Below, one piece after another: positions 17,676 through 25,165 of a DNA stretch of 64,000 nt. Position numbers and translations under genes: made by a program. Below the pieces are notes generated by a model. The model ran no database searches. It saw nothing but the letters and a program-made list of their open reading frames with translations, and was not told where the DNA came from. How positions within the stretch are numbered: the stretch's first letter is position 1; each line of letters opens with the position of its first letter. The stretch is from a virus, in the IMG/VR virus record IMGVR_UViG_3300044683_000172, positions 1 to 64,000 of that record. One strand, written 5' to 3'.

Positions 17676-18072
17676 AATGAAGTTCATGATTCTGGCACTT
17701 CTGGTGTCGCTCTTGGTATTCTGCATCGCGCTTGTGCGTTGGTGGATCGTGGTTGGAAGGAAGCCACCCAAGGCCGGCACTTACTGGCCAATGCCGCCTG
17801 TTCCTCCAGCGAATTTGCGGCGCCCTAACGCGAACTACAAGCGCGCCATAGCAGCGGCTGATGCCAGGAATAAGCCGGTCATTTCCAAGATTGAAACAAT
17901 AGGTATGTTTCCTGAAAGTCATATTTGGGCAGTAGTATATCCAATGTTGTACGATCACCTTCGAAATGCAGATGAGGCTAAAGCGTGCGAACATCATGCT
18001 CGAAGACTCAATCTAAAATCCCGAATCGAGAAAAGGAGCCAAAATGAAAGTCATCGCAAAATACAACAATGA
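17665..18072 (+). CDS. membrane-anchored hypothetical protein
   Basis: ATG at 17665 after AAGGAA. N-terminal hydrophobic span MKFMILALLVSLLVFCIALVRWWIVV. Confidence 0.5.
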   Translation: MEPEMKFMILALLVSLLVFCIALVRWWIVVGRKPPKAGTYWPMPPVPPANLRRPNANYKRAIAAADARNKPVISKIETIGMFPESHIWAVVYPMLYDHLRNADEAKACEHHARRLNLKSRIEKRSQNESHRKIQQ

Positions 18073-18406
18073 GTTCAGACCGTTCGAATTGATGATTCGA
18101 GTCGAGCACCAAACTGAACTGGAAGCGCTTTTCCAGCTGTCTCGATTGGTGACTTCTGTTCCGGAGACGGTCATTCGCCAGATGGAGCAGATGCACAGCA
18201 ATCCGCAGCTGAATGCAAGCTTGAGTTCCATCGAGAGCGATCTCCGCGCAGCGCTCAATGATGTTCTGGGCGCGCTTTCGCCGATTCGGAGTTCGCTCGT
18301 TGGTGCTACCGTCGCTGCTTACCAGAACGAGCCCAAGATCAGGTCCAGCAATGGCGACGACAAACTCACAACCGCCGAGGCAAAAGGGCTCAGCAGTCAC
18401 GGTTAA
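18044..18406 (+). CDS. hypothetical protein
   Basis: 120-aa ORF, AAAGGAG SD. Confidence 0.5.
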   Translation: MKVIAKYNNEFRPFELMIRVEHQTELEALFQLSRLVTSVPETVIRQMEQMHSNPQLNASLSSIESDLRAALNDVLGALSPIRSSLVGATVAAYQNEPKIRSSNGDDKLTTAEAKGLSSHG

Positions 18407-18419
18407 CAAGGAGAAGAAC

Positions 18420-18782
18420 ATGGAATACATGGCAAAACGCAAGCCGGAAGAGTTCCGGCCCATCGATGTGACGTTCCGCATCCAGTCGCAAGCGGAGTTG
18501 GACAACTTACAGCGATTCCTAGCGTTTGATGGTACGGTGCCGTCCGCTGTGCGCGAATACGATGTGACGACTGGGGATGATGCTGCTCTGCGCATCCACA
18601 ATAAACGGCACGGCGGACGGCATTCGTCTGACTACGCCGTCTTCGAATACGATGATGATCTGGCTGGGTTCGTTTTTCGATTCATGGGCGGTCTGCGCAA
18701 TGCAGTGGTGGGTGCATTGGTCGATGATTGCGAACAGAACGGAGCGAGTGCCCAAATCGACGGTGCCGGCTTGCTGAAGTGA
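18420..18782 (+). CDS. hypothetical protein
   Basis: Internal ATG (MEYMAKRKPEEF...) with AAGGAGAAG SD. Last gene before the 1.07-kb non-coding gap. Confidence 0.5.
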   Translation: MEYMAKRKPEEFRPIDVTFRIQSQAELDNLQRFLAFDGTVPSAVREYDVTTGDDAALRIHNKRHGGRHSSDYAVFEYDDDLAGFVFRFMGGLRNAVVGALVDDCEQNGASAQIDGAGLLK

Positions 18783-18785
18783 ACG

Positions 18786-18814
18786 TTGATTCGTTCATCT
18801 GCGCCAACTAAGAT
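18786..18814 (+). promoter_or_regulatory. candidate sigma70 promoter TTGATT-N17-TAAGAT for the non-coding unit
   Basis: Hexamers at 18786-18791 and 18809-18814, 4 nt after the upstream stop codon. Confidence 0.4.
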
Positions 18815-18820
18815 TCGTCC

Positions 18821-19605
18821 TGTGCTGCGTTGATACCGGAGTTTGCCGCGCGACGGCTTTGAAGGTGAACCAAACGGCACGGCGCTTGTAGACCGCTTAA
18901 AGTCTACAGCCATTTATGGGCGAGTCCTTTATTGGACATCACTTGGAGACATCTAAGTGCCCATAAATGGCGGTCCCGGAAAAACGTATAGTCTGCTGCG
19001 TAGGCGTGCGCTGGTGGACGGCAGTACGGCCGTACGGGATCGCCAACCAGTTCCCAGCGTGGAGCGAACGATAACAGACCGAAAGGCGTCTATGCGCTTC
19101 TGGCGCGGTCTCAAGTCTGGTGCGCTTCATAGGCGAGGGTAGCGATGGCAGGCCGCGAGATAGTCTCCCCGTTTGGCGTCTTACGCACTTTGTGAGTGGC
19201 GCCCTTCGGTGTTCGTCTTTGAGGCGCCTTGCAGTGGCGTAACCCATTCCTCAAGGATGAACACCGAAGTCCTGTACGTCTCAGTGGTAGAGCGCGGTGC
19301 GGTATCCAATCCGTGCTGTGTGTCGTCGGTTCGATTCCGATCATGGACTTCAGCAAGCATATTCCGCTCAATCCCAGAACATCGACGGCGTGCGAGCAGG
19401 TGGCCTAGTCAGCCGCCACAACTGTTTCTCGCGGAAGCGCGTCTAAGGGGTTTGAACTACCGGACGCGGCAGAGAATCGACATGGGAAACCGCCTGAACC
19501 TGTCGGACAAGCCGGTACGTCCCGAGTGGCCGCGGTGAACGGTCAAGCAGCCGGTGAACTCACCCGAAGCCCGCGACACGTTGTGAAACGCTCGCGGGCT
19601 TCGTC
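18821..19605 (+). ncRNA. candidate large (~0.8 kb) structured non-coding RNA, class unknown
   Basis: No credible ORF on either strand. 13-bp helix 18909-18921/18959-18971. 21-bp helix 19204-19224/19248-19268 with two G-U pairs valid only for plus-strand RNA. Further helices, an embedded tRNA-like module and a terminator at the 3' end. Confidence 0.45.
19266..19351 (+). ncRNA. tRNA-like element (non-canonical cloverleaf; possibly a degenerate tRNA)
   Basis: T arm GTCGG-TTCGATT-CCGAT, D loop AGTGGTA flanked by CTC/GAG. Acceptor-like stem GAAGTCCTG/CA(T)GGACTTC. 7-bp anticodon-like stem with 8-nt loop TATCCAAT. No encoded CCA. Confidence 0.5.
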
Positions 19606-19610
19606 ATTTC
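19566..19610 (+). terminator. rho-independent-like terminator closing the non-coding unit
   Basis: GAAGCCCGCGA (19566-19576) pairs with TCGCGGGCTTC (19592-19602), followed by GTCATTTC. Confidence 0.5.
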
Positions 19611-19854
19611 TACGCCAGAAACAATCCCATCGTGAGGCGAGCGTATCGACCAAGAAAATGGCGTTCAAATTCGCGTAATACCCATTACGTTAAATTGCCG
19701 TTCGCTTATCGCACGCCAGAATAGCCTCATTGTTTGAGGTTGCGAAACAATCTCTCATCTCACTTCGGCCCTCAACCATTTGGATGAGTTGCCAATGTGC
19801 ATCTCGTCAGGCATGATTGAGTCACCTAAACGAATCTCATACGGAGATACCGAA

Positions 19855-20370
19855 ATGCGCTACTTCAAGATCGACGGCCACTTCAACGTTGTTGCAATCG
19901 CCGAGTCGATGGACGAAGTCAAGGCCGATCTGGACAACGGCGGCCAATGGGCATTCAGCTGGCAAGGTCAGAAGATGGAGATTCGCAATCTGAAGCCGGA
20001 AGGTGGATGGATGTGCCGTAACGACATCGAATCTTGGGAAGAAGCCCAGGCCATCGCAAGTGCGGCAAACGCCTTCTGCGGATCGCCGGATGCCTGGATT
20101 GCCACCGACGCCGGTGAATGGGTCAGCCCGCGCTACGATGTGATCGAAGCGCCTAAAGTCGGTCAGTTCGTCTCGAAGGGCTTCAATGGCGATTACTACC
20201 CGCTGGGCACGATTACGAAGATCAGCCACGACTTCAAGCGCGTTACGGTCGAAAATGAGAACGGCACCAAATACGTCTTCTATCGCAAGAAGATGAGCGG
20301 TGTTTGGTTGCTGAATCGTATGTGGGGACTGGTATGCGGTAGCGTCAACGAGCGCAACCCGCATCTCTAA
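19855..20370 (+). CDS. hypothetical protein
   Basis: Internal ATG (MRYFKIDGHFNV...) with GGAGA SD, in ORF 19780..20370. Confidence 0.6.
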   Translation: MRYFKIDGHFNVVAIAESMDEVKADLDNGGQWAFSWQGQKMEIRNLKPEGGWMCRNDIESWEEAQAIASAANAFCGSPDAWIATDAGEWVSPRYDVIEAPKVGQFVSKGFNGDYYPLGTITKISHDFKRVTVENENGTKYVFYRKKMSGVWLLNRMWGLVCGSVNERNPHL

Positions 20371-20390
20371 TTTCTGACCGATTTAAACAA

Positions 20391-20430
20391 AACGCCCGGC
20401 TCCTGAGTGGAGTTCCGGGCGTTTTCAATT
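20391..20430 (+). terminator. rho-independent terminator (A-tract upstream, so possibly bidirectional)
   Basis: AACGCCCGG-N15-CCGGGCGTT followed by TTCAATTTC. Confidence 0.65.
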
Positions 20431-20448
20431 TCGGTGTTCTAGCCAATC

Positions 20449-20486
20449 AATAAGGCCGACCTAGGCAACGGGTCATCGGCCTTATT
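20449..20486. terminator. hairpin at the end of the convergent minus-strand gene
   Basis: AATAAGGCCGA-N16-TCGGCCTTATT. One arm overlaps the stop codon of 20482..21063. Confidence 0.4.
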
Positions 20487-21063
20487 TCTTTGTGTTCTTG
20501 GCACCATCGGACACATATTCGGGCGCGTCTTCGGTCGATTCCTCGTCGCCTTCCGCGATACCGGCAGCCTGCAACGCATCAGAACGGGCCGCTGCCGTCT
20601 CTTCGTCCATCTCAGGGATGGATTCATAGAATGCGTTGAGGTTCTTCACGGCACGTGTTTTTCCGTTCTCATCCACAAAAGTGATGTTAGCCAGAACATT
20701 CAACTCCTTGATAGCCGCGAGTTGAGTGGAGCACTTGACAAATGGATTGTGCACCATTTGCAGAAGCGAATTGATGGACTTCTTTTGGTTCCACAGCTTA
20801 TCCATCGGCATTTCTGCGAGTCGCTGTTGGAATGTGTTTTGGAACCACGGATTCTGCTCGATCTGCTCGGCGTACATCGAAACGTCTTCAGCACGGTAGC
20901 CAGGGCCAAATGCGCGTCGGAATGCGGTGTACGGCGTAAAGCCATCGATGCGATTCTTCACGTATGACTCATATTGAGGCAAGTTTGCGAGAGCCATACG
21001 CTCTTCAGCAAACATCCTCGGGTCATACGGATCGTGCTCGAATTCGCCTGTCGCTTTGCTCAT
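20482..21063 (-). CDS. possible terminase small subunit (otherwise hypothetical, acidic C-terminal tail)
   Basis: 193 aa. HTH-like FTPYTAFRRAFGPGYRAEDV, then a QLAAIKELNVLANI segment and an acidic tail, loosely like Terminase_2-type small subunits. Weak call. Confidence 0.35.
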   Translation of the reverse strand: MSKATGEFEHDPYDPRMFAEERMALANLPQYESYVKNRIDGFTPYTAFRRAFGPGYRAEDVSMYAEQIEQNPWFQNTFQQRLAEMPMDKLWNQKKSINSLLQMVHNPFVKCSTQLAAIKELNVLANITFVDENGKTRAVKNLNAFYESIPEMDEETAAARSDALQAAGIAEGDEESTEDAPEYVSDGAKNTKK

Positions 21064-21198
21064 GATTTTGGTGATGCCGCGTGTTCGGTTGATGCTCGCG
21101 ATTGTATGTGAACGTGTTCGTCAGAGATAGGAGGTGCTTTGGCTGTCTGTTTTGTGTTAGTTGGGATGCTGTGTACGTGCCGATTGTGGTAGTGCTTG

Positions 21199-21501
21199 GG
21201 TTTGCCGCCCGATAAATCAGAACCACTTGCCTTAATTGTCGGACGGTTTGCCGCGCCCAACTATTGGTCGTTCATTGCAACGCCGCGCGGGCATTGGGTT
21301 TGCCGCGAGTCTGTTTCTTCTTAGTTGTATTAATTGTAATAGTTGTATAAGAAAGAAATACGTATAGGCCCGTACATGTACGATCCCGTAAGAGTCTGAC
21401 GACCCACCCAATTATCCAACTTTCGCAACTATTGGACCTAAGTCCTTGATTCGAAAGAAGAAAGATAGTTGGGCGCGGCACAACTATTAGTTGCAACTAT
21501 C
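21199..21501. repeat. iteron cluster with AT-rich core (candidate origin of replication or pac/regulatory region)
   Basis: GGTTTGCCGC at 21199, 21245 and 21297. CAACTAT(T/C) in both orientations at 21258, 21338(-), 21426, 21464(-), 21481 and 21494. Palindromes CGTACATGTACG (21371) and TAGTTGCAACTA (21488). AT-rich 21313-21362. Confidence 0.6.
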
Positions 21502-21552
21502 TCGCGGCAAGTGTCCGCCACAACAATACATACCGCATCGCGAAACGCACAA

Positions 21553-21578
21553 CAACCAAGAAAAGCGCCCGAAGGCGC
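21553..21578 (-). terminator. rho-independent terminator after the helicase gene
   Basis: Minus strand reads GCGCC-TTCG-GGCGC followed by TTTTCTTGG, 10 nt after the stop at 21588. Confidence 0.7.
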
Positions 21579-21587
21579 ATTCTTCAC

Positions 21588-23348
21588 TCAAAACCCGCCA
21601 TTGGCAGACGATTTATCATCCTCAGCGGCTTCACCCTTGGCATCAGAATAATCACCTTCCTCATCAGCATCACCAATCTTGGACAAAATCCCCTTGTGCG
21701 GGTCTTCAAATTCCTCAACCGACGACCAATCATAAAAGCGATAAATCTTTCGAGCACCAGTGCCGATCACCGATTTCGCCCCCAAAGAAGCGAAGAAAGA
21801 ATCAACGTGGGACGGAATTGCATCTCGCTTTGATATGGCCAAAAGTCTTTGGTGGAACTCAACAGGCTTAATATCGACCGCAAACCGACCATGATTTTCC
21901 TTGCGGCCGCGCCACAAGTGCTTCTGGCACTTCAACAATGCCGTCACACCATAGGTCGCCAGCATCGAATCTTCCACCGCGCCAGACCCTCGATCCATCT
22001 CGTTCTGAGAGAATTTTTGCACCTCATTCGCCACCTGTCCGACCTCGTGATCGAACGCAGCAACGCCATTTTCCTCAATCCAACGAGCGGCCTCGGCCAA
22101 GCACAGCCACATGTACTCTTCGAAGCGACGATCTTGCGAAACAATCATCTCGCATTGATAAGGCGCTGGCTTCCAAGTTTTCTTGCCGTTCTTATCCGGC
22201 AACTGGCCGCAAAACACAGGATAAAAACGTCGGTTGCCCGTGTCATCTCGCTGAAGCCCCTCATACTTATTACCGTCCATCAAGATGATCCAACGCCGCA
22301 GCATCGTCTGCGATCCTTCGAACTTGAAATCAAAGGTATCTGACGAGTTGGTAACGAACGCCTTGACTCGATTCAAGTCGGCGCGCGTAAAGCCTGTCAT
22401 TTCTGGAATTGCCGCGACTACGCTATTGCCGGTGATCGTTCGAAGAAAGTCGATTCGCCCACCGCTCAGGTCCAGCGGCGTGGGAAACATCTTCTCGTCA
22501 CCCATAATCTCGCGCGTGATTCGAGTTCCGAAATGCGACTTCCCGCAGTTCTGGGCGCCAAATAACGACAAGACGATCCCAGCATTGTGGCCGCCATACA
22601 TCACACGCACGTAAAGCGATGTCCAAAAGTACCATCCCATTCGGCGATTCAGCGGCGTATCGAAGCACTCGAACAAATCCATCATGGACGTTTCGAGACG
22701 ATTCTTGCCGTCCCACTCCGGCAGCAACTTCGATAAACGCTCCTTCAATGGGTCGCGCCGAACGCTAAGCGCCCATTCAGCGAACGCATTTCGAACCGTC
22801 TCAGCGTTCTGTCCAAGCAAGTTCAATTCGCCCATCGCTTGGACTAAAGGCTCAATCGAATATTGCTTGTTGATTGTTTCGCCGTTCTCGTCGTTTCGAT
22901 AGCCGGTGAACTCATTATAGAAAGGTCGATGAGGCGAATCCTTATCCTCACCGAACAATAGCTCAAACGCTTTCCACCGATTGCGGTCGCTGGACATGTT
23001 TATCGTCGTCGGCTTTCCAGCGACGATCTTTTCGGTGTACTCTGGGAACTCGTTCAACCCGCTTTGTCGAATGGCTTTGGCGCGGGCAACCAAGTCCGGA
23101 ATCTCACGGATTTCAGCGAGACGACGTTTTGCTTCATCGCTGGAACGAGCCAACGTAATAACATTTAGCCGCGCTGCGTGTCGCGCTTTTTCTTCTCCGT
23201 CGGCGTCGGCGATTGAATCTGGCGCATCTGTCCAATCATCCGGCGAACTTCTTTCACCATCAGCCAGATCGCTTGGCTCCCAAGGCAGATCAGGAGTATC
23301 GTCACCAGGACTGTCAGGAATGTTGTCATTTTGCTTCTTCTTGGTCAT
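21588..23348 (-). CDS. VirE-family / SF3-type replicative helicase
   Basis: 586 aa. Walker A LFGAQNCGKSH, then DDTGNRRFYPV and PEWDGKNRLE motifs characteristic of virulence-associated protein E / D5-like helicases. Confidence 0.85.
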   Translation of the reverse strand: MTKKKQNDNIPDSPGDDTPDLPWEPSDLADGERSSPDDWTDAPDSIADADGEEKARHAARLNVITLARSSDEAKRRLAEIREIPDLVARAKAIRQSGLNEFPEYTEKIVAGKPTTINMSSDRNRWKAFELLFGEDKDSPHRPFYNEFTGYRNDENGETINKQYSIEPLVQAMGELNLLGQNAETVRNAFAEWALSVRRDPLKERLSKLLPEWDGKNRLETSMMDLFECFDTPLNRRMGWYFWTSLYVRVMYGGHNAGIVLSLFGAQNCGKSHFGTRITREIMGDEKMFPTPLDLSGGRIDFLRTITGNSVVAAIPEMTGFTRADLNRVKAFVTNSSDTFDFKFEGSQTMLRRWIILMDGNKYEGLQRDDTGNRRFYPVFCGQLPDKNGKKTWKPAPYQCEMIVSQDRRFEEYMWLCLAEAARWIEENGVAAFDHEVGQVANEVQKFSQNEMDRGSGAVEDSMLATYGVTALLKCQKHLWRGRKENHGRFAVDIKPVEFHQRLLAISKRDAIPSHVDSFFASLGAKSVIGTGARKIYRFYDWSSVEEFEDPHKGILSKIGDADEEGDYSDAKGEAAEDDKSSANGGF

Positions 23349-23375
23349 TGCGATACCTGCTAAGTGATTCGATTA

Positions 23376-23879
23376 TCAAACTTTCGACATGAAGGCGACG
23401 TATTCCACCACCTCATTGGTCAGTTGATCGAAATCACGGAGCAGATGCCCTTTACTGCCAGCGCCCGATTCCAAGACGCTCCGGCGTTGGGCTGCGGCTT
23501 CTCGGTAGAGTTCCGCTTCAATCTTCTCGCGGAAGTACTGAGGATGGGCGCGAAGGATTCCTACTGTGCAAAGATAAGTCAAGCAAGCGAGCGCGACCAT
23601 TGCCTTGAGTTCCTTCGGAAGCTTCACTTTGGGCATCGCGACGCCATTCAGGCCCGTTCCCATGTCGCCCGATCCGTCGAACAGGATGCACACCAGCAAC
23701 TTCGCTCGATATTCATCGGCGAATTCGATGGTGATGTGTGAGATGTTGACGCCGGAATTCCTGCCGACGTGCACGCGTATGGATCCTGCGATTTTGTCCG
23801 GATCGAATGAGAAATTCGGATCGAGATCAGCGCCTGTGGCGATGCGGAATAGTTGGCCATACAATACAGCTGCATTCAT
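23376..23879 (-). CDS. hypothetical protein
   Basis: 167-aa ORF between the primase and helicase genes. Confidence 0.6.
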   Translation of the reverse strand: MNAAVLYGQLFRIATGADLDPNFSFDPDKIAGSIRVHVGRNSGVNISHITIEFADEYRAKLLVCILFDGSGDMGTGLNGVAMPKVKLPKELKAMVALACLTYLCTVGILRAHPQYFREKIEAELYREAAAQRRSVLESGAGSKGHLLRDFDQLTNEVVEYVAFMSKV

Positions 23880-23903
23880 TGCTTATTCTCCTTGTGAGAA
23901 TGG

Positions 23904-25007
23904 TTATGGTTTGATGAATGGCGGAACGCCGCGTGATGCGTAAAACTCATTGATCTTTTTCAAGTCATCCTCCACGACTGGCAAGACAATCTCGTCCACG
24001 AAGTGGCCCCAAGTCTTCTTGTTGGTCTTCCGGTGGACATCGTGCGCGCAGCCGAAGACGAATTCGATTTCTGCGCCAGGGATGGGACCTCGGAAGTAAG
24101 CGCCGCTCGGATCGCCGTTTCCGTGCTCGTGACCCCAGGGACAAATGATGCGGACCTTCCCAGAACCGTTCTCGCGCACTTCGCCGCCGTTCTCGCCCAT
24201 AGATGCACCAGACAGAATCTTCACCGCCATGTTGTATTGAACTTTCTCGGCGATGTACGAATCCTCGTCGATTGCTCGTTGGACGATGGGCGGAACTGTG
24301 AACGAAAATCCGAACGCGCGGCAGATGCGGTCGATGCTGTAGCGTCGTTCGTAGTCGTGGTCCCGCAACGTAACGCTCCAGGGCTTTCCTGTGTGTTCGT
24401 CCGGGTACTTCAGCGCCGCGCCCGGCTCCGACGATACGCGCTTATTGTTGAAGCCGATGGGCATGCGGCCGAAGCGGCTCACGTCCTTAATCGTGTTGTC
24501 GCCGCCCGCTTTCAGGACGCTGTTGACGAAGGCTTGTAAGAAGTATTTGAACCGGCGCATATCGGGCTCGGGCGCATCGAGAAAGTACCAAGCCTGATAG
24601 TTGCGCGGCGAAGTCTCCACGACTGCGGTGGGAACCAATCTTTCATAGAGCCATCGAAGGCTGAGGCCGCCTTTGGAGCCTTTGCCGTCTCCGATGTCGT
24701 CCACCATGAGCGCCATGCCGTGGCCGAAGGACGATTCGCCGCGCCAGTAGCGCATGACGCCGGATTTGGGGTGAGGGGTTTTAATGCTGGATGAGATGCA
24801 AACGTATGCGTTCGCATTCACATTGATGTACTTGCCGGGCTTGTAGGGTACGGGCCACCATCCGGCGTGCTTAACTTGGCCATTTTCGTCGCGTTGCAGC
24901 GTTGCTTCTTCTGCGTAACCGACCATGACCCGTTCATCTTCTGGAATTCCTCTTTGCAATTGAGTCAGGAATTCCTCTGCGATGTTATATCGCTCTTTCG
25001 GTGTCAT
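23904..25007 (-). CDS. DNA primase, archaeo-eukaryotic primase superfamily (RepB'-like) with C-terminal zinc-binding region
   Basis: MALMVDDIGDG (acidic motif), VVETSPRNYQAWYFL (RepB'-type motif), then CPWGHEHGNGDPSGAYF...FGCAHDVH. Lies upstream of the VirE helicase. Confidence 0.6.
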   Translation of the reverse strand: MTPKERYNIAEEFLTQLQRGIPEDERVMVGYAEEATLQRDENGQVKHAGWWPVPYKPGKYINVNANAYVCISSSIKTPHPKSGVMRYWRGESSFGHGMALMVDDIGDGKGSKGGLSLRWLYERLVPTAVVETSPRNYQAWYFLDAPEPDMRRFKYFLQAFVNSVLKAGGDNTIKDVSRFGRMPIGFNNKRVSSEPGAALKYPDEHTGKPWSVTLRDHDYERRYSIDRICRAFGFSFTVPPIVQRAIDEDSYIAEKVQYNMAVKILSGASMGENGGEVRENGSGKVRIICPWGHEHGNGDPSGAYFRGPIPGAEIEFVFGCAHDVHRKTNKKTWGHFVDEIVLPVVEDDLKKINEFYASRGVPPFIKP

Positions 25008-25106
25008 CGCTGTGATGCTCCTGGTGCTGATTGTGGTTGAAACGGGCCGCTAGTATAAGTGGCGCCAGGTGTATCGGGCAATTGGACTAGTCCATGCACG
25101 AGATGT

Positions 25107-25135
25107 TTGATGTGCGTTTGATAGACGCTTATACT
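25107..25135 (+). promoter_or_regulatory. sigma70-type promoter TTGATG-N17-TATACT
   Basis: In the divergent gap between the primase (-) and the 25166 (+) gene. Confidence 0.5.
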
Positions 25136-25165
25136 ACGCAGACCGATTGACCCAGAAAGGACAGA

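Noticed and set aside
19070-19170. Group I intron interpretation. ACAGACCGAAAGG and GAGATAGTCTCC resemble the conserved R and S (P7/J8-7) strings and flank a P8-like hairpin.
   Set aside because: No interrupted host gene was found. The upstream ORF ends cleanly, and no downstream exon frame or split tRNA exists. P7 pairing is only 4 bp, and I could not find convincing P3/P4/P6 partners. It remains worth a covariance-model test but is not supported by eye.
19266-19351. tRNA-like element as a phage attP core (a copy of a host tRNA 3' end).
   Set aside because: No integrase, excisionase or repressor-like gene is visible anywhere in the 64 kb. The element includes a D-arm rather than only the 3' half. 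It cannot be excluded without host data, so it is listed as an alternative.
18880-19352. tmRNA (ssrA-like) interpretation of the structured region ending in a T-arm.
   Set aside because: There is no GGGGC-type 5' acceptor partner and no plausible tag reading frame ending in hydrophobic residues plus a stop. The element also has a true D-loop (AGTGGTA), which tmRNA lacks. The 3' end is not followed by CCA.
18939-19538. Short ORFs within the non-coding gap (18939..19247 -, 19111..19371 -, 19173..19538 +). Considered as real small genes or a decayed gene.
   Set aside because: They mutually overlap on both strands and have no SD. Their Arg/Ser/Cys/Pro-rich translations are unlike the other proteins here. 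The frames are broken exactly where the long RNA helices lie.
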